Positions 1-10,828 of a stretch of DNA of 64,000 bases are shown in pieces; the first letter of the stretch is position 1; every line of letters begins with the position of its first letter. The notes under the pieces were generated by a model. It was not told the DNA's origin and ran no database searches. It worked only from the letters and a program-made list of their open reading frames with translations. A program made the translations under genes and the position numbers. Source of the DNA: Ranitomeya imitator (taxonomy: Eukaryota). The stretch is from contig NC_091283.1 of assembly GCF_032444005.1 (NCBI RefSeq), positions 247,628,001 to 247,692,000 on the forward strand, read 5' to 3'.

Positions 1-634
1 GCGGGCAAAGTGCCACAATTGGCGCATCTAAGAAATGCGCCTTTTCTGGGAAGTTGCGGACTGCTGTTTTTAGGCTGGAGGGGGGCCTAAAGCAATAGCC
101 CCTTAACAGCCGGAGAATACCAGCCCCCAGCTGTGAGCTTTAGTAAGGCTGGTTGCAAAAAATGCGGTGGACCCGATGCCGTTTTTTTAATTTATTATTT
201 ATTAAAATATATATAAAAAAAATAACAACGTGGGGACCCCGATCATGTGCTCCTGCTGTCACTGTTATTAGCGGCAGCAAATGTCGGATGATGGGAGTAA
301 TAGTCCCTAAGGCCCCCACCTGCTGTCATCATCCGGACTTTAATATCGTTCAGACTTTAAAATAATTCTCATCATTCTCCTCTGCTCCTGCCGATCGCTG
401 GCAGAGCAGGGGAGAACGATGAGAGCCGTCTTCAGCACCCGTCACAGGGGAACAGCGCTTACAGTAGCACTTCTTCCCAGGCGGCCGTCTGTGTGGTACT
501 GAGGCAGCACACGGTTGCCACACATGTGCCGCAAGTATTACACACACGGACACTGATATCTCCGGTATTGGTTTTTCCGGGATCGGAAATAAACGGACGT
601 GTCTGAGTTCTGATGACACCTTCTCTCCATCTAC

Positions 635-1412
635 CTGATGATCCTGAGGAGCATTGGGATCTTCTTGGTTACAGTCCTGTGGCAGAAGAAGAGGACGGGG
701 ACATCTCTCTGGCGTTGTCCTCTTACTGGATAGATCTGGAGGAAACACATACAGGAAGTGAATTCATTCTTTACATACAGATAATTATAGGCCGTGTGTA
801 TTTAGTCCTGTCTACTACCTGGAGATGCGAGGGGCTGGGGAACCTCCATTATGACGTTCTTGTACAGATCTCTGTGTCCTTCTAAATACTCCCACTCCTC
901 CATGGAGAAATAGACAGCAACATCCTGACACCTTATAGGAACCTGACACATACAATGATACCGTCATCCCCCCGATCCCTTCATAGTGTTACTGTATAAT
1001 GTCCCAGCATTCCCAGCAGTGTCACCTCTCCAGTCAGCAGCTCAATCATCTTGTAGATGAGTTCTAGGATCTTCTGGTCATTGATGTCCACATGGATCAG
1101 GGGGTGAGGTGGAGGCCCCGTGATTGGGCTCAGGGGTCTTCCCCATCCCTCAGACACAGGGTCCTGACAGCGATCACTAGAGGTCTTCTTCACCACTGTG
1201 TAAACCTGGTAATGGAGAGACACATTAATAAATCTCACTACAGACATTTCCAGAGTCCTCACCTCTCCAGTTCTGTCCATCTGTTATTCCCATAGATAAG
1301 AATGATGTAATGTGACGTCATCAGAATCTCTCACCTCTCCAGTAAGTCGGAAGAGGATCTCTAGGGTGAGGTGTAATATCCTCTCCCCCATCTTGTCTCT
1401 GTCCATATCCAT
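635..1412 (-). CDS. ZNF paralog A, 5' coding exons (FAX boxes + KRAB-A-like box); downstream exons lie left of the window
   Basis: Exons 1412-1335 ([26 protein letters not shown]; acceptor at 1484), 1205-1026, 942-819 ([38 protein letters not shown]-like) and 735-635. All are bounded by GT/AG, phases are compatible and there are no stops. Confidence 0.85.
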
Positions 1413-2021
1413 CTTTGATGGGTAAATCAGGAGAATTTTCTTTTGTAGAAGATCTTCACAGAGAGGATCCGATATTGTAGAAACCTGAATGAGAAGATGA
1501 GCCGATGTAACATCATAAGAATCCTGTGTAATAATACAATTACTGGAGATAATAAGGGAAACATATGAGATTTATTATTTTACAGTATTTAGTTTCCTTC
1601 TTTACATCTACTAATAAATCCTATATATTTAGGCCACAGACAACAAGCAGTTTCCTCCTCGGAGTCGGCAGCTGAATACGTTTCTCATAGACTCATCTTC
1701 CATAACGCTAATTCTCGTCTCATTTACCGACCCTGGAATCGGCATTAGTAATACTGCAGGAGATATTCATTACACGCGACATGAGAAATAACTACTTCAT
1801 GATGAGGACGACATCTTCATCTTCTACTACGGCTATAGAAACAGATTTGGCCAGAGTCGGTCACTGACTCCATCCCCACCGGCCTCTATATGAAGGTTTC
1901 CCGTCTTCCCCGCACTGTAATCTTCTATCACGTTAGATCTCAGCTCTGATTCACACACACAAGTTTGAGGCTTTTATAGACTAGATAGTGGCCCGATTCT
2001 AACGTATCGGGTATTCTAGAA

Positions 2022-2183
2022 CAGGGGTCCCCAACTCCAGTCCTCAAGGCCCACCAACAGGTCATGTTTTCAGGATTTCCTTTGCATTGCACAGGTGATG
2101 CAATTATTACCTGGGCAAGACTAAGGAAATCCTGAAAACATGACATGTTGGTGGGCCTTGAGGACTGGAGTTGGGGACCCCTG
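2022..2183. mobile_element. hAT-type MITE (162 bp, near-perfect palindrome)
   Basis: TIR CAGGGGTCCCCAAC...GTTGGGGACCCCTG. 8-bp TSD TTCTAGAA at 2014-2021 and 2184-2191. The paralogous site (43819-43826) has a single TTCTAGAA. Confidence 0.92.
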
Positions 2184-2475
2184 TTCTAGAATATGTAGGT
2201 AGTATATAGCACAGGCTACGTACTATATTGCACAGTGACGTAGTATATAACATAGCCACGTAGTATATTGTACAGGTGTGTAGTATATTGTTCAGCAACG
2301 TTGTGAGGCCAATGTCTCCATGTACAGGGCTTCTTTCTCGGGATATGATGGGTTTTCTTTGGTACTTTCCCCCCATTAGAAGGGACAACTGTGGATATTG
2401 GGGTCTTTCACTGCTACAGTCCTGGTGGGATATAGTCGGTAATGTGGACGTTGGACAAATATCACTATCAATTAC

Positions 2476-2680
2476 CATCAGCCTGAAGGAACATCGCTCC
2501 TCTATTCGGTTCTATGGATCTAGGATGAAATCCACTGCGGCCCCTGCAAGAATAGAAGGAGAAAGAGCAGATGTTGGGTGATGAGACCACAATGGCCGGA
2601 GATTTATATGGCTGCTCTGTGCGCACAGGACCTGTGATGAGGTCACAGGAGGGGAGGAGTCAGGGGTCACATGATCAGGG
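2476..2680 (-). promoter_or_regulatory. Putative promoter and non-coding first exon of ZNF-A
   Basis: Minus-strand TATAAA at 2608-2603, an upstream E-box-like TCATGTGA, and a donor ATG|GTAATT with the exon ending at 2476. Conserved in paralog B. No transcript evidence. Confidence 0.4.
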
Positions 2681-2921
2681 GCCTCTGTGTATATTCAGGA
2701 CTCTGCTGTGCTGGTTGTCATGGTGCTGGATGAGGGGAAGTTTATGTGTGGGGTCAGGAGGGGTTTACAGTGTGGATGTAGCGGAGCCGCGTGTAAAGGG
2801 TGTACAGAGCAGAGCAGTGTGTGTACGAGGTGTATGGAGCGCAGCCGTGTGTTTACAGACCAAAGCCTGGCATGTACTGAGCGGAGCCCTGTTTGTATGG
2901 GGTCCTGTGTACTGACCAACC

Positions 2922-3362
2922 ATATACCCCCAGCTTCGGTCACAGACCCCCCTGTGTACACTATATACACCCGTATACCCCCAGCTTCGGTCACAGACCC
3001 CCCTGTGTACACTATATACACCTGTATACCCCCAGCTTCGCTCACAGACCCCCCCAGCTCTCCCCTGTATATTCCCAGCTTCAGTCGCAGACCCATCTAT
3101 GTACGCTGTATACACTCGTATACCCCCAGCTTCGGTCACATTTTGTGTACTCTGTATACACCCATATACCACCAGCTTTGGTCACAGACCCCCCTGTGTA
3201 CACTGTATACACCTGTATACCCCAGCTTCGGTCACAGACCCCCCTGTGTGCGCTGTATACACCCGTATACCCCCAGCTTCGGTCACAGACCCCCCTGTGT
3301 GCACTGTATACACTGTATACCCCCAACTTCGCTCACAGACCCACCCAGCTCTCTATCCCCCC
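2922..3362. repeat. 51-bp minisatellite, about 8-9 units
   Basis: CAGCTTCG recurs at 2931, 2982 and 3033. The 51-bp (17-codon) unit explains the overlapping repetitive ORFs. Confidence 0.9.
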
Positions 3363-3898
3363 TGTAGAACTGACCAACACGGTAACACTGCGGTCATCAG
3401 CCTCTCGTCTCTCGTACATCTACTGATAACATAAGATGAACAGAGTCCAGCCCGTCAGACTCTTGTGTGTCACCTTGTGTGTCAGTATGACCAATGTCTT
3501 GTGTGATAGTACATGCTTCATGTGTTTGTGTTTCAGTTTTCTCAAAGACTAAATTATTGTACACTCGGTCCATGTGCATTCCATTTTGAAGCTTTCTCTG
3601 TAACTTTTTTTACTGAAAAACCTCTTATCAATTTTAAGGGTATGTTCACACGTTCCTGATTTCCCTCCTTTTTTTTCAGGACTGAAACCGCAGCTCTTTG
3701 CAGAAAACGCAGGTGCGTTTTTGGTGCGTTTTTTGATGCGGTTTTTAGTGCGTTTTTTGATGCAGTTTTCTCTGCAGATTGTCTGTGTTTGACACAAATA
3801 AAGCTTACTGCAGTGGGGGGAAAAAAAAAAAAAATGATGTAATTTCCTTGTCCAACCCTTTTCTTCTTCCATCCTCCATTTTGGAACTACACATCAAA

Positions 3899-6261
3899 AT
3901 GAGTGGACGTGCTGAGCGTAGGCCAGATGACAGCCCGCGGATCCAGCTCCGCACACCACACCGGATTGCGATCCTGGGGTTGATGCTTCTAATTCTGAAT
4001 CGACATGCACGTCAGGTAAGCAGATGTCTGTTTGTTTTATATATTGGGTTATGGGTACATGTCCACGTTCTGGAAACGCTGTATGTTTGGCGCTGCGTGT
4101 GGCCGCAGCGCCAAACATGCAGCGTCCACATGTAACAGCATAGTGGAGGTGATTTCATGAAATCACGTGTCCACTGTGTGTCATCCGTCAGCCCTGCGAC
4201 TCCGGACATGCTGCGCGTCTTTTATGATCACAGCATGTCCGTGTTCCTTGTTGAGAAGCTGCGGCTCCGCAAGGAATAAAACAGGGCCCTATGCGTGGGG
4301 TGCGATGATGCCGGATTTGTACAATGAACACATCTGGCATCATTGCGTCCCACTAGGGGGTGGGGCTTTGCACATAGCGGCTTAGGTGCTCCAACGATAA
4401 CGATGGCCATCCTGAATGTGGACACGTACCCTTACATAATCCGCATTGCTTTCCAGGCATGCTTGATGTTTTTTGTTTTGTTTTACAAAAAAAATATTTT
4501 TTTTTTAACTTTAGAGGCAGCGGCGGCAGAGAAGACGTGCGCAGAAAAGGATGTGGGTGCACCCGCTTGTAGCAGACCGAACAGAGAAGGGGCACTTTTA
4601 TGTGCTGTACAATGATTTGAGGAGGTAAGTAGAAATCTATTGAATGACAAATTTAAATTTTTTTGCTAGCAATACTTGTGAAGTAACCCTTTTTTGTGTT
4701 TCTTTTTCAATTTTCAGATATCCTGAAAAATTTATCTCTTTTTGTCGGCTACCAATTATGGCATTTGACAGACTGCTCACCATCCTGGCACCCAATTTGA
4801 CACTGCAAGACACGGTGATGAGGAAGTCCATCTCTGCAGAGGAAAGGCTGCTCATCACCTTGCGGTAAGTAACAATTTTTTGGGGGGAATGTCGTTAGGT
4901 CTCTATTTTACTTGTGTCTCTGTGTCCAGTACGTGTGATTAAACCCACCCAGTCCTCCTGTTGGACAGGGGGCACACATACACACACACACACGTGAGAT
5001 ACGTCCCAGTGTTGCATGGTAATCCCCGGCCCTGCCGCCTGAACTCTGGAGCGGAGTGTGCACCCACATACCAATACATGGAGCCGCATGCTCCACAATG
5101 GAGTGCATGCAGCAGGTCCGGGGATTACCATGCAACACTCGGTCATATCTCGCATGTGTGTGTGCACAAGTCCCATCAGGCCTTTTATTAATGTTTTTTA
5201 CACCCTTTGTGTTGTACTGGGTGTTAAAGCCATCATTATTGAATGGTGCTGGACGCATATTATAGCGGCCTTAACTTGTGACATGTTGTAATCACCTTTT
5301 TGTGTGACATTTCTAATTTTCTTTTTTGTTTCTTTCCAGATTTTTGGCCACAGGAGAGAGCTATACATCCCTGCACCTCCAATTTAGAGTTGGTAAATCT
5401 ACCATCTCTAACATTGTGAGGTGTACATGTACCGTCATCTGGCAGAAGTTGCAGCCTATAGTGATGCCTTCCCCAACCGAGGAGACTTGGCTGCAGGTTG
5501 CAGCAGGCTTTCAGTCTGTGGCCAATTTCCCAAACTGCATAGGTGCAGTCGATGGTAAACATGTTAGGGTTCAGCAGCCACCACGATCAGGATCATGCTT
5601 CTTTAATTATAAGTATTTTTCAGTGGTCCTGATGGCGGTGGCTGATGCCCATTACAAATTTGTTGCCATTGATGTTGGTGCCTATGGTAGTACTGGGGAT
5701 TCTCGGGTGTTGCGAACGTCACAGATTGGGATGCAAATTCTTCGAGATGGCGCCACGCTCCCAGCCCCAAGACCTTTGCCGGGTTCCACACATCCAGTAC
5801 CCTTTGTGATGGTATCGGATGAGGCGTTTCCCTTAACGACAACCCTGCTGCGCCCATACCCACGAAGGGGACTGGATGCCCGACGGAGGATTTTTAATTA
5901 TCGGCTGAGTCGTGCACGCAGATATGTGGAATGCACCTTTGGGATCATCATGACTAGTCAGTGGAGGATCTTTCACACTGCCATTCAGTTGGACACAGAC
6001 ACCGTTGATGCTGTGATAAAGGCTTGCTGTGAACTCCACAACTATGCTCGTGTGTACAACACTGACGTAGATGTGGAGTACCAGCAGGCAGTATTTAATC
6101 CAGTTGTCAACGGGGGTCTGGGCAGGCCGTCCAACTCTGGTGTGCGTGTGAGAGAATCCTTCACTGACTACTTTATGAGTCCAGAAGGTGCCGTGCACTG
6201 GCAATACTCCTGTGCTGGTGTTGAGCAGCCTGACCAGCAGAGAAGGATGCATCTACACTGA
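3899..6261 (+). CDS. Harbinger DDE transposase (HARBI1/ALP1 family), 4 exons, about 431 aa
   Basis: Exons 3899-4015, 4515-4624 (RRRAQKRMWVHP..G.FY.LY.DLR), 4718-4864 and 5340-6261, all GT/AG and in frame. Catalytic motifs GAVDGKH, SDEAFP and VECTFG. AATAAA at 6409. Confidence 0.88.
4053..4431. mobile_element. Harbinger-type MITE nested in transposase intron 1
   Basis: Imperfect 18-bp TIRs GGGTACATGTCCACGTTC / GAATGTGGACACGTACCC followed by TTA. Internal palindromes such as GTGATTTCATGAAATCAC. Confidence 0.65.
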
Positions 6262-7241
6262 CCGTCCCCAAAAAGTTGCCGACATCGCTGCTAACAGTTT
6301 TGAAAACATCCCGAAGAATGATAAACGACAGCAATCAACACAAAATTTTTTTTCAAAAAGTTTTTTTTCATGTTACCCAAAAAAGAAAAAAAAATAGGTT
6401 GTAATATAAATAAAAAAGTTATTTTGGTTTAATTTGTTTTGTTTTTTTGTATGTCAAAAAAATGGTTGGTGTTTTCATAAATTAACAGCAGTATGAGATA
6501 TACAATAGTTAACACATCAACCCCTAAACCACTAATCGATAGCCCATAAACCCAGGACAGCGGCCTTGTCCCCATTGTCTAAAAAGAAGAGAATATTTTG
6601 TGAAAAATAAAATTTATTGTAAAGAACACAAATTAGTGGTAATTTTTACAAATGATTTTTCAATTTGAAAAAAAAATTTTAAACAGCCCCTTTCAAATCC
6701 AACAGGCAACTGGAGCTAAAAAAAAAAAGCTCAGGTCCGGACACCATAGTCAGAGAAAAAAAAAAAAGAAAACCACAAGAAAAAAGATGTACATTATATC
6801 TCGGATAATCATTAAAATTGTCAGTTTTTTGTTGAATATTAAAAATGACCAAAATATGACAGAAAAACCGTTATACTGAAATATTCGAATATTAGGGAAC
6901 GGGTGCACCACAACATCCAATATCACATAACAGGAGGGGAGAAGGGCAGGAGTTGTCAAAGGAGTTATGTGTCCCTGTACATCTCTATAGAGACCTCCAG
7001 GGCCAGTATTTTTTAATCCTTTGACAACGCATGTCCTTCTCCCTTCCTGTTATGTGATAGTTGATGTTGTGGTGCACCTGTTCCCTATTATTTGAATACC
7101 AATACGGTTTTTCTGTTATATTATGTTTTGTTCATTTTTATTATTTTCAATAAACTGATAAGTTTAACGATTATCACATATGATGTACTTCGTTTTTCTT
7201 GTGGTTTTCTGTGCAACTGAAAACTTTTGCCCAATTTATGT

Positions 7242-10200
7242 TCAATTAAGAAAGGTGTACTCTGGTGAATAGAGGAAATTTGTTCCCTCAGTTTCATACG
7301 TTGCTCCCCCCAGCTGCTGCGAACTGCCTCTATCGCCATAACTGCCTTGGATGCCTCTATGTCCAGAACTTCCTTGGCTGTTGGCCAAATACTGGGGTCT
7401 TGTAGCTGGTGTTTCAGGTGTTCTGTGTCGGGGCCTGAAAAGTCCCAACACCCCCATCAGAACCTCATTGTATGGAGAAATAGGAGCAGGGTCCTCCAGA
7501 GCAGTGAGGGACATCTGGACCATAGACATAAAAAGAGATTGTCTATCCGGTGGCAGGGAGCGTGTTTTTCTGGCGACAGTTATTGCAAAGGAGTCGCAAT
7601 GGTCATCGGTAGTTGATTTTTTTAATAAATCCAAGGTGTCACAGGCAATTTGAACCGTTTGGTCCTCTTGGTTCTTCTTTGTTTTTGTTTTTTTTTTCTC
7701 TGCTGCCACCGGATAGACAGCTCTCTTCTCCACTCTCACAGCTTCTACGGAATCAGAAGCTTCAGCAGCTGCTGAAGCAGATGTTGATGCAGCAGCTGCT
7801 GAAGTGGATGCTGATTCAGCAGAAGCTGTGGGAATGGAGGGAGAGATGGTCCCTCCTACTCCAGAGGAACTGCCTGCTCCATCCTCTGTGTCGCTGTCCT
7901 CTAAATCAGCTGCAGACATGTTTCCTTCCGTCCTGTGGGTGGAAAAAAAAGATCATTAATACAATTTTTAGCACAACATATATATAAATAATCTTGTGGA
8001 GTGGATTTTAACTTACTTTCTCAATGTCCTGCTGGTCACAATAAACTGTAGCTCTTCACTGAAGGGGAATTTTGTTTTGCTTGGAGAAGAGCCACTCTTT
8101 GAGCAATCATTTAGAAATTGAGTAAATCGGTCTCTGATGGAGCGCCAACGTTGCCTCACATCTTTATCTACCAAAAAAAGGTTCCAAAAATAAACAACAA
8201 TTTTTTAGAGATCTAAACTAATTATATTTTTAATATACTCAAGGTTTACTAAATAAATGTAATTATAATTACCTATTTTCTGCTGTGTTGCCCCAGGATA
8301 TCTGTCCCAATCCGGGAACATGTCGCGAACTATTTTCGTCCACGCAAGTTCCCTGAAGTACCTATCCTTATAGGATTCATCGGAAGGGTCCCACAGGGCC
8401 GTATAATCACGAACCTACAATGAATACAATAGTGTCATCTCATAATCTATAGCACGACCAAGTAATGTTACACAAATGCTTTTAAAAAGTTGAAATATAT
8501 CAAAGTAACCCCTAATAAATGAACACAAGCACAAAAACACAAACACCAATAAAAACGTTCGTGTGCAGTTGTTTTACTACTAGCTCTGGCGCCGTCAATC
8601 CTGAGCGGTGCGTGCGCCAATCAACAACATTAAGTAAAAAACCCACTAAACTGAAATAGTTAGGGTAGGGTTAGGGCTCATAACCCTAAGGACCCTACCC
8701 CCAAAAGGATCCTAACCCTAACCCTACCCCTAACCCTAAAGGGATCCTAACCATACCCCTAACCCTAAAGGGATCCTAACCCTACCCCTAACCCTACCCC
8801 TAAAGGGATCCTAACCCTAACCCTAAAGGGATCCTAACCCTAACCCTAAAGGGATCCTAACCCTAACCCTACCCCTAACCCTAAAGGGATCCTAACCCTA
8901 CCCCTAACCCTAAAGGGATCCTAACCCTACCCCTAACCCTAAAGGGATCCTAACCGTAACCCTACCCCTAAAGGGATCCTAGGGTTAATGATAGGGTTGC
9001 TATTGTAAGGTGGCATTAAGCACGGTTAATAATGGAGAGGCGTCAATAAGACGCCTATCCATTATTAATCCTATTAAAGGGTTACTATAATATATGTGGA
9101 CCCCCTAAAAAAAAATACATAGGGTCCCCCTATATTTTTAGTCCAGAAAGGCTAGGCAGACAGCCGTGGACCAATATTTGAGGCCCAGGAAGGGGTTAAA
9201 ATACCCATGGCTGTTCCCAGGCTATGAATATTAACCCACAGCTGTCTGTGCAGCCTTTCTGGCACTAAAATATAGGGGGCCCAGAAAAAAAAAAGTGTTG
9301 GGGTCCCCCTATATTTTTAGTCCAGAAAGGCTAGGCAGACAGCCGTGGGCCAATATTTGAGGCCCGGGAAGGGGTTAAAATACCCATGGCTGTTCCCAGG
9401 CTATGAATATTAACCCACAGCTGTCTGCGCAGCCTTTCTGGCACTAAAATATAGGGGGCCCAGAAAAAAAAAGGTGTTGGGGTCCCCCTATATTTTTAGT
9501 CCAGAAAGGCTAGGCAGACAGCCGTGGGCCAATATTTGAGGCCCGGGAAGGGGTTAAAATACCCATGGCTGTTCCCAGGCCATGAATATAAGCCCCCAGC
9601 TGTCTGCGTAACCGTTCTGGCACTAAAATATAGGGGGCCCCGAAAAAAAAAAAGTGTTGGGGTCCCCCTATATTTTTAGGCCAGAAAGGCTACGCAGACA
9701 GCCGTGGGCTTATATTCATAGCCTAGGAAAGGGGCCATGGATATTTGCCCCCCCTGGCTACAAATATAAGCCCGCAGCCGCCCCGGAAAAGGCGCATCAA
9801 AAAGATGCGCCAATTCCGGCACTTAGCCCCTCTCTTCCCACTCCCGTGTAGCGGTGGGATATGGGGTAATGAGGGGTTAATGCCACCTTGCTATTGTAAG
9901 GTGGCATTAAGCCCGGTTAATAATGGAGAGGCGTCAATAAGACGCCTATCCATTATTAAGCCAATGAAAGGGTTAAAAAAAAACACAAAGACTAGAAAAA
10001 AATATTTTAATGAAATAAAGACACACACTTTTTGACCATAATTTATTATTCGCTCAATCCGTCCTGAAGACCCTCGACCTGAAAAAGATGCAAAATAAAA
10101 AAACAAATTCATACTCCCTGGCCCTGTCCGCAGAAATCCATCGAGGGTCCCACGAAGATCTTCCATGGAGAACAGACACATCCAGAGATGTGTCTGCTCT

Positions 10201-10828
10201 CCACGGCTGCAGCAACACACTGACAGGAGCCATAGTTCCTGTCGGTGTGTTACTGCGCATGCGCGAGCGAGTTTACCGGCGGTCATTGACCCCGGTACTC
10301 TCGCTTAACGGCAGTGCTGCGTGGGAAAGTTCAACGCAGCTGTACTGCCGTTAAACGAGACGCCGGAGCCATTGAACTCCGGGACAGTACGCGATACACT
10401 GCTAGGAGCTTTGCTCCTGGCAGTGTATCGCCGGAGAGCAGCCGATCGGCGTGGGACACTCGTTTTATGGATTCTGCGGACAGGGAGTATGAATTTTATT
10501 TTTTATTTTGGGATTTTTTCCTGGAGGATCGAGGGCTTCGCCTACAAGTGTGCTGTTGGTGAGTATATACTCTATGTTATGTGTTGTATGTACTGTACTG
10601 TGTGTCATGTTTGTGTATTGTGTGTTTGTGTTTTTTGTGTAACTTTACAATTGTGCTAAGTCGCCGGACACAGGGACAACTCTCCCATCCTAATACCGGA
10701 TGGGAGTAGTAGTCCCATACGGCGACTTAGCACAATGGAGGCACTGTCGTCGCATGGGGACACAAACACGGACATACCAAATCAATCAGACGCCCGACAT
10801 CGATCCCCATGCGACGGTATGCCTCCAT
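7242..10828 (-). CDS. Harbinger second gene: MADF (Myb/SANT-like) DNA-binding protein with a BESS-like C-terminal motif, 4 exons, about 344 aa
   Basis: Exons 10828-10778 (MEAYRRMGIDVGRLIDL), 8414-8273 (VRDYTALWDPSDESYKDR..AW), 8167-8017 (RWRSIRDRF..SGS) and 7932-7242 (..DSFAITVARKTRSLPPDRQ..). All GT/AG and in frame. Minus-strand AATAAA at 7142-7137. Confidence 0.85.
8660..8985. repeat. Telomere-like array (TAACCC/TACCCC)n punctuated by TAAAGGGATCC
   Basis: Read directly. Lies in MADF intron 1, G-rich on the MADF sense strand. Confidence 0.9.
9122..9700. repeat. About 180-bp tandem repeat, 3 full units plus a partial, each unit an imperfect palindrome
   Basis: GGTCCCCCTATATTTTTAG recurs at about 9123, 9302, 9481 and 9661. 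Within each unit CCCCCTATATTTTTAG.CCAGAAAGGCT pairs with AGCCTTTCTGGCACTAAAATATAGGGGG. Confidence 0.88.

Noticed and set aside
3899-6261. Domesticated host gene HARBI1
   Set aside because: It sits between TIRs with a partner MADF gene, so it is a transposon copy and no gene symbol was assigned.
8660-8985. True chromosome end or fusion site
   Set aside because: Short, degenerate and embedded in transposons. The brief G-rich to C-rich switch near 8675 is too short to indicate a telomere fusion.
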